DNA of 64,000 bases from Cellvibrionaceae bacterium (GTDB taxonomy: Bacteria; Pseudomonadota; Gammaproteobacteria; Pseudomonadales; Cellvibrionaceae), in assembly GCA_050633825.1 (NCBI GenBank), contig JBOEHG010000019.1:881-64880 (forward strand), read 5' to 3'. Made by a program: the position numbers and the translations under genes. Each line of letters opens with the position of its first letter. The first letter of the stretch is position 1. Below the pieces are notes generated by a model. That model saw only the letters and a program-made list of their open reading frames with translations, ran no database searches and had not been told where the DNA came from. Below are positions 1-8,770 of this stretch, one piece after another.

Positions 1-635
1 AATCTGCAGTGACGATTCATGTTGTGCAGGGTGAGCGTAAACAAGCGCAACAAAATAAATCCTTGGGCCGCTTTGATCTGGCTGATATTCCACCAGCACC
101 TCGTGGCATTCCGCAGGTAGAAGTTACCTTTGATATTGATGCTAACGGTATTTTAAATGTAAGCGCGAAAGATAAAGGCACGGGCAAAGAACAATCTATC
201 GTTATTAAAGCCTCTTCAGGTTTAAGTGATGATGAGATCGAAGCAATGGTAGCAGATGCTGAAGCGAACGCTGAAGCGGATCGTCAGTTCGAAGAATTAG
301 CTGCGGCTCGTAATACATTGGATGGTTTAATTGGCGCAACTAAGAAAACTTTGGAAGAAGCTGGTGATAAAGCTACTGAAGAAGAGACAACTGCAATCAA
401 AGCTGCCATTACAGAAGCAGAAGAAGCCGTTAAAGGTGACGATAAAGAAGCGATGGAAGCTGCAACGACTAAGCTGACCGAAGCATCAAGCTCGCTTGCA
501 CAAAAACTTTATGCCGAACAGGCTGAGCAAGCGGGTGGCGCTGATGCGGCTGCTGGCGGTGAGCAAGCTCAGGCAGAGCCTGCCGATGAAGGCGTAGTAG
601 AAGCCGAATTTGAAGAAGTGAAAGACGAGAAGTAG
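1..635 (+). CDS. dnaK: Molecular chaperone DnaK (Hsp70), C-terminal part; 5' end lies outside the window
   Basis: ORF is open to the window edge. The translation ..[49 protein letters not shown] is the canonical DnaK substrate-binding/lid C-terminus. dnaJ follows. Confidence 0.97.
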   Translation, partial: SAVTIHVVQGERKQAQQNKSLGRFDLADIPPAPRGIPQVEVTFDIDANGILNVSAKDKGTGKEQSIVIKASSGLSDDEIEAMVADAEANAEADRQFEELAAARNTLDGLIGATKKTLEEAGDKATEEETTAIKAAITEAEEAVKGDDKEAMEAATTKLTEASSSLAQKLYAEQAEQAGGADAAAGGEQAQAEPADEGVVEAEFEEVKDEK

Positions 636-703
636 GAAAAAAGTTTAGGGATAGACCGCCGTTTTATAAACTATAAATTGGTGTTCTGCTCTTGATTTTC
701 TGG

Positions 704-731
704 GCGCGGACTTTATGTTCGCGTTTGTTTT
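704..731 (+). terminator. Stem-loop plus T-run between dnaK and dnaJ (possible partial terminator/attenuator)
   Basis: GCGCGGAC (704-711) pairs with GTTCGCGT (717-724): 8 bp including two G-U pairs, 5-nt loop, followed by TTGTTTT. Confidence 0.4.
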
Positions 732-780
732 ATCTGAAATATGATAGTCCTTTGGCTATTGGTAAATAGAGTGAGTTTTA

Positions 781-1887
781 ATGTCCAAGCGTGATTATTA
801 CGAAATTCTGGGTGTTGATAAGGGTATATCTGAAAAGGATCTGAAAAAAGCCTATCGACGCGTGGCAATGAAATACCATCCAGATCGTAACCCTGACGAT
901 AAAGAAGCTGAAGAAAAGTTTAAAGAAGCCAGTGAAGCTTACGAGATTTTATCTGACTCACAAAAGCGTGCAGCCTATGACCAATACGGTCATGACGGCG
1001 TTGACCCTCAAATGGGTGGTGGCGCAGGCTTTAATAACTTTAGTGATATTTTTGGCGATGTATTTGGTGATATCTTCGGTGGGGGTGGCAGTCGTGGTGG
1101 CCGTGGTCCTCAGCGTGGATCTGATTTGCAATACACTTTACAAGTTACCCTTGAGCAAGCGGTAAAAGGAACCACGGCAAAAATTAAAGTGCCGACATTG
1201 GTTTCGTGTAATACCTGTGATGGCAGTGGCGCTAAAGCCGGTTCAAAACCGGTTCAATGTTCGACCTGTGGTGGTGTTGGTCAGGTGCGGATGCAGCAAG
1301 GCTTTTTCTCTGTTCAGCAAACCTGTCCTTCCTGTCGTGGACAAGGGACAATGATTAAAGACCCTTGTGGCAGTTGTCATGGTCAGGGACGCATTGAAGA
1401 AACCAAAACCTTATCGGTTAAGGTGCCTGCAGGTGTTGATACGGGTGATCGTATTCGCTTAAGTGGCGAAGGTGAAGCTGGTCCAGCCGGTGGTGTTGCA
1501 GGTGATCTCTATGTACAGGTGTCCGTTAAACAGCATGATATTTTTGAGCGCGATGGTGCAAATTTATATTGTGAGGTTCCCATTAGTTTTGTGGATGCAG
1601 TGCTAGGCGGAGAGCTCGAAGTGCCGACCCTTGATGGCCGCGTCAAACTCAAAGTCCCTACTGAAACCCAAACGGGTAAGTTATTTAGATTGCGTGGTAA
1701 GGGCGTGACGCCTGTGCGTAGCAGTACAAAAGGTGATTTACTTTGTCGGGTTGTTGTCGAGACTCCAGTTAATTTGTCAGGTAAACAAAAAGAAATTCTT
1801 CGTGAATTTCAATCCTCTTTAGAAGGTAAAAAGCATTCGCCTCGCCAGAGTACTTGGTTTGAAGGTATGAAAGACTTTTTTAACTAG
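781..1887 (+). CDS. dnaJ: Co-chaperone DnaJ (Hsp40)
   Basis: 368 aa. J-domain with HPD (KYHPDRNP), Gly/Phe-rich linker, and four CxxCxGxG zinc-finger repeats ([32 protein letters not shown]). Confidence 0.98.
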   Translation: MSKRDYYEILGVDKGISEKDLKKAYRRVAMKYHPDRNPDDKEAEEKFKEASEAYEILSDSQKRAAYDQYGHDGVDPQMGGGAGFNNFSDIFGDVFGDIFGGGGSRGGRGPQRGSDLQYTLQVTLEQAVKGTTAKIKVPTLVSCNTCDGSGAKAGSKPVQCSTCGGVGQVRMQQGFFSVQQTCPSCRGQGTMIKDPCGSCHGQGRIEETKTLSVKVPAGVDTGDRIRLSGEGEAGPAGGVAGDLYVQVSVKQHDIFERDGANLYCEVPISFVDAVLGGELEVPTLDGRVKLKVPTETQTGKLFRLRGKGVTPVRSSTKGDLLCRVVVETPVNLSGKQKEILREFQSSLEGKKHSPRQSTWFEGMKDFFN

Positions 1888-1916
1888 CGGTATTTGGCTT
1901 TATCAAAATACCTTAG

Positions 1917-2799
<883 letters not shown>

Positions 2800-2801
2800 G
2801 C

Positions 2802-3677
2802 TTACATTAAGTTTTTTAGTACACTAATAAATTCTTCGGCAGGTTTTGAAAGTGAATTATGGCTATTATGAAGTACACCAAATGTCACGGGTATTTGTGG
2901 TGCAAATGGTATGACGCTGACATTTTCTAGGTTTTGAGAAAATAATGAAAATTCATCAACGAGTACAATACCAAGCCCTTTGTTAGCAAGCTGGCATGCT
3001 ACGGTAAAATAATTGACTTCAGACTCTGGTTCTTGCTCGTTGAGCCATGGTACTTCTTTTTTTAAGAGCTCCGACCACCAAGTTCCTCCAGAACAATAAA
3101 TTAAACTTTCCTTTTCAAGTTCTTTGGCCGTTATTTTCTTTTGTGAGGATAATGGGTTCTCATTGGGTACAATACATTTAATCTCTCCGCGTTTAATAAT
3201 TTCAGCCTCGAGAGAATTTTCATTTGATGGAAAGTGAACGACGCCTAAATCTGCTCGACAGTAGTTGATCTGTTCCTTGATAGATTCATTAGGTTGTACA
3301 TCAATATGTAAACGTAGCTCAGGCCATTTTTTCTTGAGATGCTGAACTGCTGTTGGAATGATTTCTATCGCGAGAGCAGGGGCAGCTGTAATCCGCAATT
3401 CTCCCACTTTAACATTTCTCACATCTCGGCTGATTTTATTAAAGCGATACAGAGCATCTTCTATTTCTTGAGCGGCTGAAAAGAGTAAGCCAGCTTCCGG
3501 TGTTGGTTGTAACCGACCATTGACTCGTTTAAAGAGTTCAATCCCTAGGCGAGATTCGGCATGTTGCAATGTCTTGCTGACAGCAGGTTGAGAGACATGT
3601 AATTCTCTGGCCGCTTCGCTAACGGAACCTGTCCTCATGACATAGGTGAAAACTTCAATATGACGCAGTTTTAACAT
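2802..3677 (-). CDS. LysR-family transcriptional regulator
   Basis: 291 aa. N-terminal wHTH (GSVSEAARELHVSQPAVSKTLQHAESRLG..LF.R) followed by a LysR-type substrate-binding domain. Divergent from the 3998-11341 gene string. Confidence 0.9.
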   Translation of the reverse strand: MLKLRHIEVFTYVMRTGSVSEAARELHVSQPAVSKTLQHAESRLGIELFKRVNGRLQPTPEAGLLFSAAQEIEDALYRFNKISRDVRNVKVGELRITAAPALAIEIIPTAVQHLKKKWPELRLHIDVQPNESIKEQINYCRADLGVVHFPSNENSLEAEIIKRGEIKCIVPNENPLSSQKKITAKELEKESLIYCSGGTWWSELLKKEVPWLNEQEPESEVNYFTVACQLANKGLGIVLVDEFSLFSQNLENVSVIPFAPQIPVTFGVLHNSHNSLSKPAEEFISVLKNLM

Positions 3678-3910
3678 GCTTATAACCTTTGATTATGACA
3701 TTGCCATGTAATCCTATTGGACTCATGTAAATATCATAGTAATAATTTATGCCAATTAACAGGTGTTTTATTAAATTATAGTAGTGATATGTTGCGAAAA
3801 AGTATATGAAAAGCTTTTAGCTTGGTTAGTTTTAGAAAATATAAGCATTATATAAACCTCTTTTTAAGAAAATAAATTTTAAGGTTTTTTTATTCTTATA
3901 TTCTTTCCTT

Positions 3911-3932
3911 TTTATGGGCGTTCACCCATAAA
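3911..3932. promoter_or_regulatory. Interrupted dyad TTTATGGG-N6-CCCATAAA in the LysR/HAMP divergent promoter region (candidate LysR-type operator)
   Basis: Perfect 8-bp arms (3911-3918 and 3925-3932), about 66 nt upstream of the 3998 start. LTTR sites are typically interrupted dyads in divergent promoters. Confidence 0.35.
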
Positions 3933-3997
3933 GCATATTTATTTTAAATAATATAATTAAAACGAATAGCTATGTAGATAAAAGCGGGAGTTTTCTT

Positions 3998-4765
3998 GTG
4001 TCTGAAAAAAATATAAGTTTTATGTTATCGGTACAGTCAAAAATTATTTTTACTACTATTGTAATAATTACCGTTATATTAGGTGCTTATGCTGTATATG
4101 ATATTAATAGGCGTGGAGTTATTCTAGAGGGAGAGATAGTTGAACTCGCAAAGGTAACAGCCAAAAAACTTGAGAATAACTTGCGTATTCCACTTTGGGA
4201 TCTGGATTCTGACCTGGTTTCTGATGCAATAGAAGCTGAAATGTTAACCCGAGATATTTCTGCCATTATGGTATTTGATAGCAATGGCTCAGATTTAATC
4301 TCTGGAAAGCAGAGAGATGCTAGTTGGACTGTTTTAGATTCAAATAAGGCATATATTCCTGTCAAAGATGAAATAGCAAGAGAAGCCTTAATTTCAAATA
4401 AAAATGAAACCATCGGTCGAGTTGTTGTTTATATAACGCCTAAATTTAAAGAAAAAGCGACAAGTACATCGGCTTTAGGCTTATTGCTGACGCTTGTTTT
4501 TTTGGATGTCATTATTTTTATGACCTTATGGCTTGTTATGACAAATATACTAAGAAACCCTATATCCAAATTAAGTGCTGCAGCCAATCAAATTAGCCGA
4601 GGTGATTTTAGTGTTGAAATTGATACTAACAGAGAGGATGAAATAGGGGTTGTTGCCAACTCTATTGACCGCATGAAAGTTAGTTTAAATATGGCTATTC
4701 AGCGATTAAGAGAGATTGAGCAGCGTAGAAAAGAACGTCTCAATAAGTCGAGGTTGCAGCAATGA
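3998..4765 (+). CDS. Membrane protein: TM - ~125-aa periplasmic domain - TM - HAMP, with no output domain
   Basis: 255 aa, GTG start. Hydrophobic segments IIFTTIVIITVILGAYAV and LGLLLTLVFLDVIIFMTLWLVM. HAMP signature P-ISKLSAAANQISRGDFSVEIDTNREDEIGVVANSIDRM. Only about 20 coiled-coil residues follow before the stop. Confidence 0.7.
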   Translation: MSEKNISFMLSVQSKIIFTTIVIITVILGAYAVYDINRRGVILEGEIVELAKVTAKKLENNLRIPLWDLDSDLVSDAIEAEMLTRDISAIMVFDSNGSDLISGKQRDASWTVLDSNKAYIPVKDEIAREALISNKNETIGRVVVYITPKFKEKATSTSALGLLLTLVFLDVIIFMTLWLVMTNILRNPISKLSAAANQISRGDFSVEIDTNREDEIGVVANSIDRMKVSLNMAIQRLREIEQRRKERLNKSRLQQ

Positions 4766-5484
4766 TTAAATATGCTTTTCTTTACATTATATGTGCTTTT
4801 ATTCATATATCGCACCTCAATGCTCAGACCATAACACTAACAACAGAACATTATCCCCCCTATAATATTGACTTAACACTTGATGGGGGTGTTGGTGTTG
4901 GTGGAGCTGCCACTGAGATTGTGTTAGAAATGATGAGGCGTTCAGGCTATTCATATAATCTGGAATTGATGTCGTGGAAGAGAGCTTACGAATCTACACT
5001 AAAAACAAAAAATACGGGTGCTTTTTCTACTACTTATACTGAGGCAAGGAAAAACCTATTTAAATGGGTCGGCCCCTTGGTTGATAATGATCATGTGCTG
5101 TTAGCAAAAGAATCTAGCACTATAAAAATTGATAGTATTGACGACGTAAAAGAATATAGCGTAGGTGCTTATCGTGGCTCTTCTGCGGCAAGTTATCTTC
5201 AGTCAGTAGGTTTGAAGCCAGAGCTTGTTCGCAGTGATCACCTTAATCCTTTAAAGCTGCAGAGGGGGAGAATTGATTTTTGGATGGCGGGTCATTTATA
5301 TGGACCTCATTTGGCTAAACAATATGATGTGACAGGCTTAAAGCCCGTCTATACAGTAAGAAAAACAAAAATGTATTTGGCTTTTAATATAGAAACCGCT
5401 GATGACATTATAAATAAGTTGAATGCTATTTTACGCGACATGGAGCAAGAGGGCTTTTTGGCTGAGGTGTATAAACGTTATTAG
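4762..5484 (+). CDS. Periplasmic solute-binding protein, family 3 (PBPb-like), orphan
   Basis: 240 aa. Signal peptide (..FIHISHLNAQ), YPPY near the N-terminus, and a size and pattern typical of SBP_bac_3. The start overlaps the upstream stop (ATGA at 4762-4765). No ABC permease or ATPase is nearby. Confidence 0.75.
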   Translation: MIKYAFLYIICAFIHISHLNAQTITLTTEHYPPYNIDLTLDGGVGVGGAATEIVLEMMRRSGYSYNLELMSWKRAYESTLKTKNTGAFSTTYTEARKNLFKWVGPLVDNDHVLLAKESSTIKIDSIDDVKEYSVGAYRGSSAASYLQSVGLKPELVRSDHLNPLKLQRGRIDFWMAGHLYGPHLAKQYDVTGLKPVYTVRKTKMYLAFNIETADDIINKLNAILRDMEQEGFLAEVYKRY

Positions 5485-5614
5485 CAGTTTATTATTTATA
5501 AGGCATGACTAATGCCTATAAGGTTTAGTTATACCCGATATGTTTTATGTTAATCGACTAATATGATGGGTAACATGCATAATGATATTTTTAGATTAAT
5601 AAGATTGTATCAAT

Positions 5615-6844
5615 ATGAAAGTTGTCGTTTTAGGTGCAGGTGTTGTCGGTGTTAGTACGGCTTATATGCTTGCTAAGCAAGGGTGTCAGGTAACAGTTGT
5701 CGATCGTTCAGCGGTTTCTGGTGCAGGTACCAGTTATGCTAATGGTGGGCAGCTTTCTTATGGGTATCGAACGCCGATTGCAAACCCTAAAGTGTTGAAA
5801 CAGTTACCGGCTATTCTGCTTGGTTTAGATCCTGCTTTTAAAATTACCCCTTCGTTAGATATTGATTTCTATAAATGGGGAATTCGCTATTTATTGAGTA
5901 GTTTTCCAAAAGCATCTTCTCGTTCTGCGAGTGTAATGCACGACTTGGGGCAATTAGCCAAAGAAAAAATAGCCCAGATAGTTAATGAAGCAGCAATTGA
6001 TTTCGACTACCGCTCTCGTGCAGGTAAACTTTATATTTACGAAAATGAACAAGAACTCTTAAAAGCTTCAAAGGCCTCAGGTGATTCTTTGGTGTGGTCA
6101 AAAAAAGAGTTGTTATCACACGTGCCCCTATTAAAGTCTAATCCAAAGGTTGTTGGTGGCGTCTATGATATTGAAGAGGATGCAGCGGATAGTTATAAGT
6201 TTTGTGGGGAGTTGGTCAGCTTTATGGAAGCCAATCTTAATGTAGAGTTTTTAGCGAATACAGCTGTTGAATCTATGAGTATAAAAGCAGGGAGGGTTGA
6301 ATACCTTGTAACGAATAAAGGTAATATCCAAGCGGATAAGTTTGTCTTAGCTATGGGGCCTCAAAGTGCCAATTTTGCAAAAAAAATAGGTATTACCTTA
6401 CCCATTTATCCCATGAAAGGCTATAGCGTTACAGTACCTGCTAATGATGCATGCCCTAATATCTCAGTGACCGATACAAAGACAAAGACGGTTTATTGTA
6501 AATTAGGGGACCGTTTAAGAATTGCAGGCTTCGCCGAACTCTCTGGTTATGATACCTCTATTAAAAAAGAGTGTATTGATATGATGCTTAATAATGCACA
6601 AAAAGTGCTTCCAGGAGCAGGGGACTATACAAAGGTATTAGACCAATGGTGTGGTTTGCGGCCTGCGACACCCGATAGTATCCCTATTGTTGATCAGTCT
6701 CGTTACGATAATGTATATCTTAACACCGGGCATGGTATGTTGGGTTGGACACATTCGACAGCGACTGCTGAAATTCTATCTAATATGATATTGGGTCACT
6801 CTCAACCTTTTGATGTGTCTCGCTTTTCATTAAAGCGCTTTTAG
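5615..6844 (+). CDS. FAD-dependent D-amino-acid dehydrogenase family protein (DadA-like)
   Basis: 409 aa. MKVVVLGAGVVGVSTAY..VTVVDR dinucleotide fold. YPMKGYSVTVP, WCGLRPATPD and LNTGHGMLGWT align with E. coli DadA motifs as I recall them. Confidence 0.85.
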   Translation: MKVVVLGAGVVGVSTAYMLAKQGCQVTVVDRSAVSGAGTSYANGGQLSYGYRTPIANPKVLKQLPAILLGLDPAFKITPSLDIDFYKWGIRYLLSSFPKASSRSASVMHDLGQLAKEKIAQIVNEAAIDFDYRSRAGKLYIYENEQELLKASKASGDSLVWSKKELLSHVPLLKSNPKVVGGVYDIEEDAADSYKFCGELVSFMEANLNVEFLANTAVESMSIKAGRVEYLVTNKGNIQADKFVLAMGPQSANFAKKIGITLPIYPMKGYSVTVPANDACPNISVTDTKTKTVYCKLGDRLRIAGFAELSGYDTSIKKECIDMMLNNAQKVLPGAGDYTKVLDQWCGLRPATPDSIPIVDQSRYDNVYLNTGHGMLGWTHSTATAEILSNMILGHSQPFDVSRFSLKRF

Positions 6845-6852
6845 AGTGTTAT

Positions 6853-6891
6853 AGCCCATAACTAAACATTATGGGCTGTTTACCTTTTTTG
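6853..6891 (+). terminator. Rho-independent terminator after the DadA-like gene
   Basis: AGCCCATAA (6853-6861) pairs with TTATGGGCT (6869-6877), followed by GTTTACCTTTTTTG. Confidence 0.6.
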
Positions 6892-6954
6892 ATTGGCTTT
6901 TGTTTTTTAATGTAAGCAAACTAACGCTAGTTTTTTAAATGGTTAGTAAATTTT

Positions 6955-7419
6955 ATGTTTGTATTAGAAAATTTGAAAAAGTTAAATCTATCACTTCCTG
7001 AAGCTTCTCCCGTAGCAGGAAATTATTCCGGTTATATTCTTCATAATAAAATTTTGTATGTCTCAGGGCAAACAGCGAAAGAGTCCGGCGAGTTAATTTA
7101 TAGTGGCAAAGTAGGGCTTGATTTGAGTTTGGCCGAAGGGGTCTCTGCTGCGCAAGTTTGTGCTTTAAATTTGTTAGCGCAAGTTAATAAGGCTTGTGAA
7201 GGAGATTGGGATAAGTTAGAAAAATGCTTAAAACTCAGTATCTTTGTAAATAGTTCCCCAGACTTTATTGATCATCCAAAAGTTGCAAATGGCGCCTCTG
7301 ATCTTATTGTTTCTGCATTGGGAGAAAGAGGTATTCATTCCCGAGCTGCTGTAGGGGTCAATAGTTTGCCTGGAAATTCTGCTGTTGAGGTAGAAGGTGT
7401 TTTCGTTTTAAAAAATTAA
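6955..7419 (+). CDS. RidA/YjgF/UK114-family (Rid) protein, putative imine deaminase
   Basis: 154 aa. The pattern ..ILYVSGQTA...AAVGVNSLPGNSAVEVEGVFVL is typical of the YjgF/Rid fold. Confidence 0.8.
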   Translation: MFVLENLKKLNLSLPEASPVAGNYSGYILHNKILYVSGQTAKESGELIYSGKVGLDLSLAEGVSAAQVCALNLLAQVNKACEGDWDKLEKCLKLSIFVNSSPDFIDHPKVANGASDLIVSALGERGIHSRAAVGVNSLPGNSAVEVEGVFVLKN

Positions 7420-7686
7420 AATATTTATGCGCAAGTTGTTAAAAATGATTCATAATTATTTCTTATTTGTCTCAGCTTGCCATTTATTATGAGTGTAGTA
7501 TAGAGTTGGTTTGTCTGTTTTTATGTCAAAAATAAATGAAAAAAGTTGCTGTTAAAAACATTAGTTATAACATTGATTATAATTTTGGTTATAGTTATGG
7601 TGTTAGTTATAGCGCTAATAATTTCTTTGGCATGAAAGTATACAATTAATATAATTTAAATAATGAAATAGGATGAGGACTTAATC

Positions 7687-8646
7687 ATGATTATAAAAAA
7701 AGTTGCGTTGACTCTTTCTCTTGCGTTAGCAGCAAGTTCAAGCGCATTTGCCGATAAGCAGTTTGTTACTATTGGTACTGGCGGTGTTACCGGCGTTTAT
7801 TACCCAACAGGCGGTTCTATCTGTCGCTTGGTTAACAAAGATACCAAAAAACACGATGTTCGCTGCTCGGTAGTGAGTACGGGTGGTTCTATTTACAATA
7901 TTAATGCAATTCGCAGTGGCGATATTGAGTTAGGTGTTGCGCAATCTGATTGGCAATTCCACGCTTATAATGGCAGTAGTAAATTTAAAGAGCAGGGTAA
8001 GTTCAAAGAGCTACGTTCAGTCTTCTCTGTACATGCGGAGCCATTCACTGTTGTGGCGCGTAAAGACGCAAACATCAAAACGTTTAATGACTTAAAAGGT
8101 AAGCGAGTTAACTTTGGTCCACAATCTTCTGGGACTTATGCTACGGCAAAAGTGTTGTTAGATTCATTGGGCTGGACTTTTGATGACTTCAAATTAGCCT
8201 CAGAGCTGAAGCCTGCGGAGCAGTCTAGAGCGCTTTGTGACAACAAAATTGATGCGGTTATTTATGTGGTTGGCCACCCAAGTGGTTCAATAAAAGAAGC
8301 AACAACGGCTTGTGACACTAACTTGGTTAATGTTACTGGTGGCGCTGTTGAAAAGCTTGTTTTTTCAAACCCTTACTATCGAATTGCTGCAATCCACAAA
8401 GATTTATACGGCTCTTCTCAAAACATCTTAACCTTCGGTGTGGGCGCAACGTTTGTAGCATCAACAAAGGTATCGGATGACGTGGTTTACAACATTGTTA
8501 AAGCGGTATTTGAAAACTTTGATGAGTTTAAGCGTTTACACCCTGCCTTTGCCCATTTGAAGAAAAAAGAGATGATTTCAGATTCGAACTCAGCACCTCT
8601 TCATAATGGCGCCATTAAATACTATACTGAAGCTGGTCTAATGTAA
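7687..8646 (+). CDS. TRAP transporter solute receptor, TAXI family
   Basis: 319 aa. Signal peptide (..SSSAFA) and TIGTGGVTGVYYPTGGSICRLVN, the characteristic TAXI N-terminal motif. Confidence 0.9.
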   Translation: MIIKKVALTLSLALAASSSAFADKQFVTIGTGGVTGVYYPTGGSICRLVNKDTKKHDVRCSVVSTGGSIYNINAIRSGDIELGVAQSDWQFHAYNGSSKFKEQGKFKELRSVFSVHAEPFTVVARKDANIKTFNDLKGKRVNFGPQSSGTYATAKVLLDSLGWTFDDFKLASELKPAEQSRALCDNKIDAVIYVVGHPSGSIKEATTACDTNLVNVTGGAVEKLVFSNPYYRIAAIHKDLYGSSQNILTFGVGATFVASTKVSDDVVYNIVKAVFENFDEFKRLHPAFAHLKKKEMISDSNSAPLHNGAIKYYTEAGLM

Positions 8647-8680
8647 GCGACGCTTTATTCAAAAATATAGATGTATATTG

Positions 8681-8711
8681 AATCCTGCGCCTATTTGATA
8701 GGCGCAGGATT
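8681..8711 (+). terminator. Perfect 11-bp stem-loop between the TAXI receptor and permease genes (intra-operon attenuator or mRNA stabiliser)
   Basis: AATCCTGCGCC-TATTTGATA-GGCGCAGGATT. Only a weak T-tract follows, so it is more likely a stability or attenuation element than a full terminator. Confidence 0.5.
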
Positions 8712-8770
8712 TGTAATTATAAAAATAAGTGTTTTTTTTCAAAAATATCTAGCGGTTGAAGATAATAATT

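Noticed and set aside
932-1165. Alternative-frame and antisense ORFs nested inside real genes, for example 932-1165, 1989-2171, 2588-2827, 4087-4413, 10084-10449, 23235-23651, 25467-25772, 26663-27136, 27155-27448, 28077-28403, 30407-30721, 30827-31168, 47524-47877, 49145-49452, 52298-52712 and 53876-54273.
   Set aside because: Each lies wholly within a longer ORF that has strong family-level homology in another frame or strand. Their translations are low-complexity with no recognisable motifs, which is typical of shadow ORFs.
5497-5520. A hairpin after the family-3 SBP gene as a terminator.
   Set aside because: The stem has a bulge and no T-run follows, which is too weak to call.
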